NCBI GenBank assembly: GCA_963422705.1
Contig: OY730443.1
Location: 2,270,694 to 2,334,693 of the forward strand
Length of the DNA stretch: 64,000 nucleotides
Origin: Candidatus Poribacteria bacterium
GTDB taxonomy: Bacteria; Poribacteria; WGA-4E; WGA-3G
Direction: 5' to 3'
Within the stretch, counting starts at the first letter, position 1. Every line of letters begins with the position of its first letter. Positions 40,728 through 50,445 of the stretch are shown piece by piece. The notes under the pieces were generated by a model. That model was given only the letters and a program-made list of their open reading frames with translations, did no database searches and was not told the DNA's origin. Made by a program: the position numbers and the translations under genes.

Positions 40728-43700
40728 ATGAACAAAGAACACATCAGAAACGCACTCGCCGACATCCCAACAGGCAATCTTGTCCAAACCGCAAAAGCCC
40801 TCCTCGCGACGATGGGATACCGCAGCGAGCGGAACCTGGAACTCTCCGGAACCGTGGACGACTTTATCGAGAATTTCCCCACACGGGGACAAGAGGACAA
40901 AAAAGAACCTACCAAAACCGAACAGACATTTCGTAACACCGTTGAATCCATCTATGTCGTCTTTCAAATCACAGAAAATGAAATCAATCCTCAAGCCCAA
41001 CAGACAGTTGATTTTGCTGAAAAAAGTCTCGCCGAAAGTTTCTGCTTTTTCGCCGCCGATTTGAAAGAGAAGCCTACCTCCCGCAGCCGCTACGCCGAAT
41101 TGACACGGGAAATCAATAAGCGACTCTCTATCCCGGCGGTGGTGCTCTTTCGCACCGGGAACCGGTTGACAATTGGGGTTGCAGGACGCCGGCAACACCG
41201 CCGGAAATCGGGGCGCGATGTCATAGAACGGGTGACGCTCATCAAGGACATTCGCCTCGAAAATCCGCACCGGGCACACCTTGATATCTTGGCAGAACTC
41301 GCCCTCGGAGAATGCATGCAATGGATGGATGCCCACAAAAAACAGAGAAGCTTTGACGAACTCCTCGACACCTGGCTCGCTAAACTCGACACTGAAGAAC
41401 TCAATAAGCAGTTCTACCGGAGGTTATTCGCATGGTTTGAATGGGCAATCTCCGAGGCGACGTTCCCAAAAAACGAAAAGAAAATCTTAAAGCCCGAAGA
41501 ACACGTGATACGACTCATCACACGCATCCTGTTTATCTGGTTCTTGAAGGAGCAGGGACTGGTTGCCGATGCACTTTTCAATCAAACACAAATCCCTTCC
41601 CTTCTAAAAGATGACGATTTCGATAACGGAAGCTCCTACTATCGGGCCGTGCTACAAAATCTGTTTTTTGCTACACTGAACACCGAGATAAAGCAACGCG
41701 GTTTTAGCAGCAATACACCTACCGGGCATCGCGACTTCTCGCGTTACCGCTACGCAGCGGAAATACGCGCCCCTGAGAAACTGGTGGAACTCTTCGCGCA
41801 AACCCCCTTTGTCAATGGGGGACTGTTTGAGTGTCTCGATAGCGAGGAAGCAGCGATGCACGGCGGATACCGCATCGACTGTTTCTCTGATAAACACGGC
41901 AAAAAATTGTGCTTCCCCAACCGCCTCTTTTTTGATAAACACTGTGGACTCTTCCCCCTCCTCAATCACTACAAATTCACCATAGAAGAGAATATCCCGG
42001 TAGAACAAGAAGTCGCCTTGGAACCAGAATTGCTCGGGAAGGTGTTTGAAAACCTGCTGGCGGCTTACAATCCGGAGACGGGTACGACGGCGCGTAAAGG
42101 GACAGGCTCCTACTACACGCCGCGCGTCGTCGTCGACTATATGATAGACGAGATAGTGGTTGCAACCCTGGTAGAAAAGTGTCAGCCGTCCGATGGGGAC
42201 GCGACACTCTGGGAAGAACGCCTGCGCTACCTATTGGATTATGGGCAGACGTTTGACGATGCAAATGAATGGTTTGATGCCCCGGAAACCGACGCGATTG
42301 TGCGCACAATTTCGGAGCTGAAAATTCTGGAACCGGCCGTCGGTTCCGGGGCTTTTCCGCTCGCGATGCTCCGAAAACTCACGCTTGCCCTCCGCCGACT
42401 CGATTCGGCAAATCAACGATGGCAGCAGCTGCAAAGAAGACGCGCCGCACAGAGAGCGGAAGATGCCTTTGAAACCGACGATGACGAAGCGCGACGCGAA
42501 GAACTCATTGAAATTGATGAGACGTTCAGACGTTACCGGGATTCCGACTTCGGCAGGAAGTTATACCTCATTCAGAATAACCTTTTCGGGGTGGACATCC
42601 AACCCATAGCCTGCCAAATTACCAAGCTCCGCTTCTTTATCTCCCTCGCTATTGAGCAGAAACCGGCGCGGCATCTCGATAATTTCGGGTTCAAACCACT
42701 CCCAAACCTCGAGACGCGGTTTCTTGCCGCGAATACCCTTGTCCGGCTGCAAGGGCAACCCGAATTCGTAACAGTCCATATCCAAGCGTTAGAGCGGCAA
42801 CTCCGCGAGAATCGCGAACGGCACTTCCACGCCACCACCCGTCAGCAAAAGCTTGACTGTATTAGCAACGACAAAGCCATCCGCACAGAATTAGCCGCGG
42901 CATTAGAGGAACTCGGTTTCTTTGCACGGGACGCCCAAAACATCGCGCACTGGAACCCTTACCAGCAGAACGAGAATGCCGACTGGTTCGAACCGGAATG
43001 GATGTTCGGGATTAACGACGGGTTTGATATCGTGATGGGGAACCCGCCATATATTTCAGTTACGAAGATTCCTGCCCCGTTGAGGGATTACCTATTCGAA
43101 AACTATCAAACCTGTATAAAGAGAACAGATATCTATATCGCGTTCCTCGAAAGAGCCCTCTCCATTCTACAGCCGAACGGGATGATGTGTTTTATTCTCT
43201 CGTCGGCGTTTGCGAAACAGAAATATGGCGAAAAGATGCGCAGACGCCTCATAGAAAATCACGCCATCCGCGACATTGTGGATGCAAGCCGTTATCGGAT
43301 TTTTGAGAATGCGGCAGTACATAACATCGTTTTGCTGGTAGGCAATCAAAAAACAGATGTCGAAACGCGAATCCGATTGCATACCAGCAACGCGGATTTT
43401 GAGACACCGGGTGAGTGCGCATTTTCTATCAAGCAAGACGATTTTGCGGAACTGAAAGATGCCCGCCTTGAAACCGCTCCGAATATTCGTGAAAGTCTCA
43501 GGGTGAAAAAGAGGATATGGGAGCGCGCGGTGCGTTTCGATAAGATTTGCCTTGTCGCTTACGGCGCCAGGCTCAATTCCCCTTCAGCGGGAAAAAGAAA
43601 ACAGGATTACATCAGCGATGTCCGTCTTCCACGAGGTAAACGGTTTTGTGAAGGAAGAGACATTCGGCGTTATACGTTTTCTCAAACCGGATGGTTACGC

Positions 43701-44228
43701 TACTCGCCGAATGAACACTACAACTCGATGTTTCCAGAACTTTTTGAAACCGAAAAGTTGATGTTTCTCGGGATTGTAAAAGAGGGGTTGCGATGTGCTT
43801 ATGACGCCGAACGGTTCTACAATTGCAGCACGGTTATAAACTGTGTTCGCTTAGATTTACTTTCCGGTGCCTCTCATATCACAGCCCGCCGCGCAACGCA
43901 ATCTGCTGATAACAAATTCGTGAAGCGGTATGATTACAAATTTCTGTTGGGCGTTTTAAATTCTGGCGTCACAAATTGGTATTTCCGCAGCTTTTTAAGC
44001 GAGGGGTTACATTGTCACCCAAATGATGTAAAAGAGTTGCCTATTCCAAAAATGCCGCGCCAGCAGCAGCAACCGATTATTGGGTTGACATCTCACATTC
44101 TCGCGGCGAAAGCGGAGGATTCGGAGGCGGACGTCTCCGCTCTTGAAGCGGAGATTGACAGGCTGCTCTGCGCTTTCTACAACTTTACGCCGGAGGAGAT
44201 GCGTATCCTGGAGTGTAGGTGGGGATAA
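40728..44228 (+). CDS. Eco57I/PglX/DrmMI-like N6-adenine DNA methyltransferase (paralog 2, TRD variant)
   Basis: 1166 aa with the same motifs as paralog 1. Near-identical to paralog 1 except for clustered substitutions in the C-terminal ~250 aa (DVRLPRG, LGIVKEGLRC, SEGLHCHPND, YNFTPEEMRILECRWG). Confidence 0.85.
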   Translation: MNKEHIRNALADIPTGNLVQTAKALLATMGYRSERNLELSGTVDDFIENFPTRGQEDKKEPTKTEQTFRNTVESIYVVFQITENEINPQAQQTVDFAEKSLAESFCFFAADLKEKPTSRSRYAELTREINKRLSIPAVVLFRTGNRLTIGVAGRRQHRRKSGRDVIERVTLIKDIRLENPHRAHLDILAELALGECMQWMDAHKKQRSFDELLDTWLAKLDTEELNKQFYRRLFAWFEWAISEATFPKNEKKILKPEEHVIRLITRILFIWFLKEQGLVADALFNQTQIPSLLKDDDFDNGSSYYRAVLQNLFFATLNTEIKQRGFSSNTPTGHRDFSRYRYAAEIRAPEKLVELFAQTPFVNGGLFECLDSEEAAMHGGYRIDCFSDKHGKKLCFPNRLFFDKHCGLFPLLNHYKFTIEENIPVEQEVALEPELLGKVFENLLAAYNPETGTTARKGTGSYYTPRVVVDYMIDEIVVATLVEKCQPSDGDATLWEERLRYLLDYGQTFDDANEWFDAPETDAIVRTISELKILEPAVGSGAFPLAMLRKLTLALRRLDSANQRWQQLQRRRAAQRAEDAFETDDDEARREELIEIDETFRRYRDSDFGRKLYLIQNNLFGVDIQPIACQITKLRFFISLAIEQKPARHLDNFGFKPLPNLETRFLAANTLVRLQGQPEFVTVHIQALERQLRENRERHFHATTRQQKLDCISNDKAIRTELAAALEELGFFARDAQNIAHWNPYQQNENADWFEPEWMFGINDGFDIVMGNPPYISVTKIPAPLRDYLFENYQTCIKRTDIYIAFLERALSILQPNGMMCFILSSAFAKQKYGEKMRRRLIENHAIRDIVDASRYRIFENAAVHNIVLLVGNQKTDVETRIRLHTSNADFETPGECAFSIKQDDFAELKDARLETAPNIRESLRVKKRIWERAVRFDKICLVAYGARLNSPSAGKRKQDYISDVRLPRGKRFCEGRDIRRYTFSQTGWLRYSPNEHYNSMFPELFETEKLMFLGIVKEGLRCAYDAERFYNCSTVINCVRLDLLSGASHITARRATQSADNKFVKRYDYKFLLGVLNSGVTNWYFRSFLSEGLHCHPNDVKELPIPKMPRQQQQPIIGLTSHILAAKAEDSEADVSALEAEIDRLLCAFYNFTPEEMRILECRWG

Positions 44229-44268
44229 ATTCTCTGAATTTCTGGTTATCGGGTTTCTAATCGCATTG

Positions 44269-47200
44269 TGAAACGCGGGGTAACAAATTTTTTGTATGCG
44301 TGCATAAAAACTCGGTAAAAGATTAGCGGGACTACTATGTGAAAAGCGGCGCTTTAAAACTGTTTGTCTCACACTGCAATCTAAGTCGGATACCCACAGC
44401 TACACCCCAATGAACAAAGAACACATCAGAAACGCACTCGCCGACATCCCCACAGGCACTCTTGTCCAAACCGCAAAAGCCCTCCTCGCGACGTTGGGAT
44501 ACCGCAGCGAGCGGAACCTGGAACTCTCCGGAACCGTGGACGACTTTATCGAGAATTTCCCCACACGGGGACAAGAGGACAAAAAAGAACCTACTAAAAC
44601 CGAACAGACATTTCGTAACACCGTTGAATCCATCTATGTCGTCTTTCAAATCACAGAAAATGAAGTCAATCCTCAAGCCCAACAGACAGTTGATTTTGCT
44701 GAAAAAAGTCTCGCCGAAAGTTTCTGCTTTTTCGCCGCCGATTTGAAAGAGAAGCCCACATCCCGCAGCCGCTACGCCGAATTGACACGCGAAATCAATA
44801 AGCGGCTCTCTATCCCGGCGGTGGCGCTCTTTCGCACCGGGAACCGGTTGACAATTGGGTTTGCAGGACGCCGGCAACACCGCCGGAAATCGGGGCTCGA
44901 TGTCATAGAACGGGTGACGCTCATCAAGGACATTCGCCTCGAAAATCCGCACCGCGCACACCTTGATATCTTGGCAGAACTCGCCCTGGGAGAATGCCTG
45001 CAATGGATGGATGCCCACAAAAAACAGAGAAACTTTGACGGACTCCTCGACACCTGGTTCGCTAAACTCGACACCGAAGAACTCAATAAGCAGTTCTACC
45101 GGAGGTTATTCGCATGGTTTGAATGGGCAATCTCCGAGGCGACGTTCCCAAAAAACGAAAAGAAAATCTTAAAGCCAGAAGAACACGTGATACGATTCAT
45201 TACACGCATCCTGTTTATCTGGTTCTTGAAGGAGCAGGGACTGGTTGCCGACGCACTTTTCAATCAAACACAAATCCCTTCCCTTCTAAAAGATGACGAT
45301 TTCGATAACGGAAGCTCCTACTATCGGGCCGTGCTACAAAATCTGTTTTTCGCTACACTGAACACCGAGATAACGCGGCGCGGTTTTAGCAGCAATACAC
45401 CTACCGGGCATCGCGACTTCTCGCGTTACCGCTACGCAGCGGAGATACGCGCCCCTGAGAAACTGTTGGAACTCTTCGCGCAAACCCCCTTTGTCAATGG
45501 CGGACTGTTTGAGTGTCTCGATAGCGAGGAGGCAGCGATGCACGGCGGATACCGCATCGACTGTTTCTCTGATAAACACGGCAAAAAATTGTGCTTCCCC
45601 AACCGTCTCTTTTTTGATAAACACCGCGGACTCTTCCCCCTCCTCAATCACTACAAATTCACCATAGAAGAGAATACCCCGGTAGAACAAGAAGTCGCCT
45701 TGGAACCAGAATTGCTCGGGAAGGTGTTTGAAAACCTGCTGGCGGCTTACAACCCGGAAACGGGTACGACGGCGCGTAAAGGGACAGGCTCCTACTACAC
45801 GCCGCGCGTCATCGTCGACTATATGATAGACGAGATAGTGGTTGCAACCCTGGTAGAAAAGTGTCAGCCGTCCGATGGGGACGCGACACTCTGGGAAGAA
45901 CGCCTTCGCTACCTATTGGATTATGGGCAGACGTTTGACGATGCAAATGAATGGTTTGATGCACCGGAAACTGACGCGATTGTGCGCACAATTTCGGAGC
46001 TGAAAATTCTGGAACCGGCCGTCGGTTCCGGGGCTTTTCCGCGCGCGATGCTCCGAAAACTCACGCTTGCCCTCCGCCGACTCGATTCGGCAAATCAACG
46101 ATGGCAGCAGCTGCAAAGGAGACGCGCCGCACAGAGAGCAGAAGATGCCTTTGAAACCGACGATGACGAAGCGCGACGCGAAGAACTCATTGAAATTGAT
46201 GAGACGTTCAGACGTTACCGGGATTCCGACTTCGGCAGGAAGTTATACCTCATTCAGAATAACCTTTTCGGGGTGGACATCCAACCCATAGCCTGCCAAA
46301 TTACCAAGCTCCGCTTCTTTATCTCCCTCGCTATTGAGCAGAAACCGGCGCGGCATCTCGATAATTTCGGGTTCAAACCGCTCCCAAACCTCGAGACGCG
46401 GTTTCTTGCCGCGAATACCCTCGTCGGGCTGCAAGGGCAACCCGAATTAGTAACAGTCCATGTCCAAGCGTTAGAGCGGCAACTCCGCGAGAATCGCGAA
46501 CGGCACTTCCACGCCACCACCCGTCAGCAAAAGCTTGACTGTATTAGCAACGACAAAGCCATCCGCACAGAATTAGCCGCGGCATTAGAGGAACTCGGGT
46601 TCTCTGCACGTAACGCCGAAAACATCGCGCACTGGAACCCTTACGAGCAGAACGAGAACGCCGACTGGTTCGAACCGGAATGGATGTTCGGGATTAACGA
46701 TGGTTTTGATATCGTGATGGGGAACCCGCCATATATTTCAGTTACGAAGATTCCTGCCCCGTTGAGGGATTACCTATTCGAAAACTATCAAACCTGTATC
46801 AGGAGAACAGATATCTATATCGCGTTCCTCGAAAGAGCCCTCTCCATTCTACAGCCGAACGGGATGATGTGTTTTATTCTCTCGTCGGCGTTTGCGAAAC
46901 AGAAATATGGCGAAAAGATGCGCAGACGCCTCATAGAAAATCACGCCATCCGCGACATTGTGGATGCAAGCCGTTATCGGATTTTTGAGAATGCGGCAGT
47001 ACATAACATCGTTTTGCTGGTAGGCAATCAAAAAACAGATGTCGAAACGCAAATCCGATTGCATACCAGCAACGCGGATTTTGAGACACCGGGTGAATGC
47101 GCATTTTCTATCAAGCAAGACGTTTTTGCGGAACTGAAAGATGCCCGCCTTGAAACCGCTCCGAATATTCGTGAAAGTCTCAGGGTGAAAAAGAGGATAT

Positions 47201-47950
47201 GGGAGCGCGCGGTGCGTTTCGATAAGATTTGCCTTGTCGCTTACGGCGCCAGGCTCAATTCCCCTTCAGCGGGAAAAAGAAAACAGGATTACATCAGCGA
47301 AGCCCGTCTTGCAGGGCGCAAACGGTTTTGTGAAGGAAGAGACATTCGGCGTTATACGTTTTCTCAAACCGGATGGTTACGCTACTCGCCGAATGAACAC
47401 TACAACCCGATGTTTCCAGAACTTTTTGAAACCGAAAAGTTGATGTTTACCTGTATTGTGAATGAGCGGTTGCGATTTGCTTATGACGCCGAACGGTTCT
47501 ACAATTCCCACACGGTTATAAACTGTGTTCGCTTAGATTTACTTTCCGGTGCCTCCCATATCACCGCCCGCCGCGCAACGCAATCTGCTGATAACAAATT
47601 CGCGAAGCGGTATGATTACAAATTTCTGTTGGGCGTTTTAAATTCTGGCGTCACAAATTGGTATTTCCGCAGTTTCTTAAGCACAGGTTTAAATTGTTAC
47701 CCGGATGATGTAAAAGAGTTGCCTATCCCAAAAATGTCGCGCCAGCAGCAACAACCGATTATTGGGTTGACATCTCAAATTCTCGCGGCGAAAGCGGAGG
47801 ATTCGGAGGCGGACGTCTCCGCTCTTGAAGCGGAGATTGACAGGCTGCTCTGCGCTTTCTACAAGCTTACCGCGGAGGAGATGAGTATCCTGGAGCATGG
47901 GCGGGGATGAATTCTCTGAATTTCTGGTTATCAGGTTTCTAATCACATTG
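44269..47950 (+). repeat. Tandem repeat unit 3 (~3.7 kb)
   Basis: Only the last ~35 bp of the small gene remain upstream of paralog 3. Confidence 0.8.
44410..47910 (+). CDS. Eco57I/PglX/DrmMI-like N6-adenine DNA methyltransferase (paralog 3)
   Basis: 1166 aa and overall the most divergent copy, with substitutions scattered along its length. Its TRD patches resemble paralog 1. Confidence 0.85.
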   Translation: MNKEHIRNALADIPTGTLVQTAKALLATLGYRSERNLELSGTVDDFIENFPTRGQEDKKEPTKTEQTFRNTVESIYVVFQITENEVNPQAQQTVDFAEKSLAESFCFFAADLKEKPTSRSRYAELTREINKRLSIPAVALFRTGNRLTIGFAGRRQHRRKSGLDVIERVTLIKDIRLENPHRAHLDILAELALGECLQWMDAHKKQRNFDGLLDTWFAKLDTEELNKQFYRRLFAWFEWAISEATFPKNEKKILKPEEHVIRFITRILFIWFLKEQGLVADALFNQTQIPSLLKDDDFDNGSSYYRAVLQNLFFATLNTEITRRGFSSNTPTGHRDFSRYRYAAEIRAPEKLLELFAQTPFVNGGLFECLDSEEAAMHGGYRIDCFSDKHGKKLCFPNRLFFDKHRGLFPLLNHYKFTIEENTPVEQEVALEPELLGKVFENLLAAYNPETGTTARKGTGSYYTPRVIVDYMIDEIVVATLVEKCQPSDGDATLWEERLRYLLDYGQTFDDANEWFDAPETDAIVRTISELKILEPAVGSGAFPRAMLRKLTLALRRLDSANQRWQQLQRRRAAQRAEDAFETDDDEARREELIEIDETFRRYRDSDFGRKLYLIQNNLFGVDIQPIACQITKLRFFISLAIEQKPARHLDNFGFKPLPNLETRFLAANTLVGLQGQPELVTVHVQALERQLRENRERHFHATTRQQKLDCISNDKAIRTELAAALEELGFSARNAENIAHWNPYEQNENADWFEPEWMFGINDGFDIVMGNPPYISVTKIPAPLRDYLFENYQTCIRRTDIYIAFLERALSILQPNGMMCFILSSAFAKQKYGEKMRRRLIENHAIRDIVDASRYRIFENAAVHNIVLLVGNQKTDVETQIRLHTSNADFETPGECAFSIKQDVFAELKDARLETAPNIRESLRVKKRIWERAVRFDKICLVAYGARLNSPSAGKRKQDYISEARLAGRKRFCEGRDIRRYTFSQTGWLRYSPNEHYNPMFPELFETEKLMFTCIVNERLRFAYDAERFYNSHTVINCVRLDLLSGASHITARRATQSADNKFAKRYDYKFLLGVLNSGVTNWYFRSFLSTGLNCYPDDVKELPIPKMSRQQQQPIIGLTSQILAAKAEDSEADVSALEAEIDRLLCAFYKLTAEEMSILEHGRG

Positions 47951-48072
47951 TGAATGGTTTTTTGGTACCTGATACCCTTCTTTTCTGTGTTGCGTTCAGA
48001 TGGCAATACCTCCCAAAAAGTTGTATATAACCGACATCCCCGGGTGTTGCACATCTAAAAGGAGTGTTTACA

Positions 48073-48954
48073 ATGTTAAAAGACTTATTTTCCAACCGCC
48101 TTTTTATCAGTGTGTTAGGACTCTTTATCTTCTGCGTTGTCGGCAGCCTGCTTTACATGCAGCATGTCGAGAAGCAACGAAAGCAGGAGGTGGCGGAGGC
48201 GCATGAACGCATCAACCAGTGGAATGCGTCTCGGGCGACATCCTCGCCCCCAACTGATACCGCGCAAGGCGGACACTTGCACGATGGCGCGGGACACGCC
48301 GAACCACATGCAGACACGAGCGTTTCACAGCGTTCCGAGGCGGAAAAAAAACCCGATGCGGAAGACATTGATTCTAAACGTGGTGTCTTGACAGAGGAGC
48401 AACGTACGGGATATCTCAAATATTTGGAAGAGCTGGGGCTGGAACCGCCGCCGAAAGGCTACAACTACGAATGGGATGCCGAGGGGAATGTCTCGCTCTA
48501 TGAGTATAATGTCCCGACGTTTGAAACGACATGGTCCGAAGAGTCTGAGCCTGGACGGGATTTTTACAAACTCACAGACGACGAATGGAGGCGGTATAGA
48601 GCCTTAGGGCATATCATCTCTCAAACCCCACTCCGAATTGAAGGAGAAGACTTAAAGCGGCTAGCTCGGGGAGAGCCGACACCAAAGGTGAACTACGCGC
48701 CCGGCGTTGTTGAGCTCGCGGAAGAGTGGCGAGATGAACTGTGGCAGAAAACCGCAGGCCCCAGCCCCAGTGTGTCTACCAGTGTCACTTGGAATAGAGA
48801 GCCCACTGAAAAAGAACTCAAAGACATAGCACGCCGGGAATATGAGTTACTCAAGGCGATGGAAAAACCGGAACGTCCGTCTCCGGGCCCTTGGGATGAA
48901 AACTTTATTGATGCCCTCGTCAAAGAACTTGGAGCAGAAGTACAAAGCAGATAA
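48073..48954 (+). CDS. Hypothetical membrane-anchored protein
   Basis: RBS AAAGGAG lies 8 nt upstream of the ATG at 48073. N-terminal TM helix and an acidic, Pro-rich extracytoplasmic region. Confidence 0.5.
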   Translation: MLKDLFSNRLFISVLGLFIFCVVGSLLYMQHVEKQRKQEVAEAHERINQWNASRATSSPPTDTAQGGHLHDGAGHAEPHADTSVSQRSEAEKKPDAEDIDSKRGVLTEEQRTGYLKYLEELGLEPPPKGYNYEWDAEGNVSLYEYNVPTFETTWSEESEPGRDFYKLTDDEWRRYRALGHIISQTPLRIEGEDLKRLARGEPTPKVNYAPGVVELAEEWRDELWQKTAGPSPSVSTSVTWNREPTEKELKDIARREYELLKAMEKPERPSPGPWDENFIDALVKELGAEVQSR

Positions 48955-48958
48955 ATTC

Positions 48959-49195
48959 ATGAAAACATTAACCCTAACCTTTTTCTTAACAATCGTCCTT
49001 CTCTTGTTGGCGGCCCCACTCTCTGATGGGCTTGAGACAGCTGGCGAAGCCACCTGCACTGGGAGTTGGTCCGGGACGACGGATTGGTGGTGGGAGTCTT
49101 CAGGTACCACAATCACAGAGAAGTGGGAATGGCGCGGACTCAACACGATGTATCCATATAGGGCAAAATCCGATAAAGAAACCAAACCTGAATAG
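48959..49195 (+). CDS. Small secreted Trp-rich protein
   Basis: Signal peptide MKTLTLTFFLTIVLLLLAAP. It starts 5 nt after the upstream stop and is followed by a terminator. Confidence 0.45.
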   Translation: MKTLTLTFFLTIVLLLLAAPLSDGLETAGEATCTGSWSGTTDWWWESSGTTITEKWEWRGLNTMYPYRAKSDKETKPE

Positions 49196-49219
49196 CGACA
49201 CTTTTTCTGTCAAACACAC

Positions 49220-49257
49220 GCGGGCACCCTCTCCACTGACAAGGTGCCCGCTTTTTT
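49220..49257 (+). terminator. Rho-independent terminator
   Basis: GCGGGCACC-N14-GGTGCCCGC followed by TTTTTT. Confidence 0.7.
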
Positions 49258-49502
49258 AGAAAGGCAGAAATCTTATTCTTTTGGGCTACCTACGACGCCT
49301 GTCTTCCACGAAGTAAACGGTTTTGTGAAGGAAAATGCATTGCGCGCTGTGCCCGTTTGTTACGGTAGTCAGATGCTTCGCGAAAACAGGGACATCCGTC
49401 CAACGTGAGATGCTGTCAGTCGGCGCGCATCGACATCAGAGCAAAGATTCGCAAGTTAGGCGGTGCCCGGCGGTTGAGCATCCGGTATTGCATGGCGAAA
49501 AA

Positions 49503-50273
49503 TTATGTTTTAATCACAAAGAATTTTTCCTCTTTAATCTGTTCTTCAGGAAATCGTGCGCGTGCCCAGATAGCCTTTGCATTCTCTATCATCTGCGGAT
49601 GTCCACATGCATAGACGACGGCGTTATTTGCATTAAAATCGTTGGCATCGCCATATTTCCGAATCACATCTTCAGCGCGTCCACTCTCCCCCGTCCATTC
49701 CGGTTCTTCCCAGGGGCGACTTACCGTGGGCACAAATGTGAACCAGTCTTCTTGTTCGGCGAGGGTGCTGAGTTCGTCCATGTAGTATCCAAGTTCCCAT
49801 GAATGGCTAGCGCCGACAATTGCGAGGATTTGATGGGGGCTGTTTTCGCCGCGTTCCTGCTCAATTTTTTGTGTGCGTGCGATGCTAATGTATGGTGCTG
49901 CGCCAGTGACAGTACCCGCCATCAGGTGCCGCGTCATTCCGGTTTCGGTGTCCAAAACAAATTTCCCGACGAGCTTTTCGCGGAAGAAGACACTATCGCC
50001 GAGGTTGAGCTCCCAAAAGCGTGGTGTGGTTTCGCCTTCTGGTACGAGTTCGACGAAAACTTCCATAAACGGTTCATGGGGTGAGGAAACAATGGAGTAT
50101 GGGCGTTGTACGATTTTTTCGCCGGCTTCAAAGCCGATAGTGGCGTATTGTCCTGCAATAAACGACAGGGTTTTCTCAGTACGAAACTTGAAGGCGGCTA
50201 AATCTTCGGAGAAGTCTTCGCGCTCAATGAGTTCCCCTTTACAATATCGCGCTCTTGCGCGTCTTCTTTGCAT
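49503..50273 (-). CDS. Ferredoxin-NADP+ reductase-family oxidoreductase (FAD/NAD(P)-binding)
   Basis: RPYSIVSSP (RxYS FAD-binding motif) and GTVTGAAPYISIA (NAD(P)-binding). Confidence 0.65.
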   Translation of the reverse strand: MQRRRARARYCKGELIEREDFSEDLAAFKFRTEKTLSFIAGQYATIGFEAGEKIVQRPYSIVSSPHEPFMEVFVELVPEGETTPRFWELNLGDSVFFREKLVGKFVLDTETGMTRHLMAGTVTGAAPYISIARTQKIEQERGENSPHQILAIVGASHSWELGYYMDELSTLAEQEDWFTFVPTVSRPWEEPEWTGESGRAEDVIRKYGDANDFNANNAVVYACGHPQMIENAKAIWARARFPEEQIKEEKFFVIKT

Positions 50274-50328
50274 AATAACTTCCTCTACAATATTGCGCTC
50301 TTGCGCGTCTTCTTTGCATAATAACTTG
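50241..50328. repeat. 46-bp tandem duplication spanning the start codon region of the FNR-like gene
   Basis: acaatat(c/t)gcgctcttgcgcgtcttctttgcataataactt x2. Confidence 0.7.
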
Positions 50329-50445
50329 CACTTTTTTCAGAACTTCGCGCCAAGAAGTTTTAGAACAGAAATCAAGAATTGATTGCATATCTGCATGCGT
50401 CTTGTTCATAATTATATCTGAAAACCGAATTTTTTGGTAACAAAA

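Larger units (their letters stand above)
39931..44268 (+). repeat. Tandem repeat unit 2 (~4.3 kb)
   Basis: Helicase-3' relic, intact small MTase-fold gene and large MTase paralog 2. Confidence 0.8.

Noticed and set aside
43560-44228. Diversity-generating retroelement acting on the MTase C-terminus
   Set aside because: There is no reverse transcriptase and no template repeat in the window. The nucleotide differences between copies are not adenine-specific; the changes include a to t, c to t and g to c.
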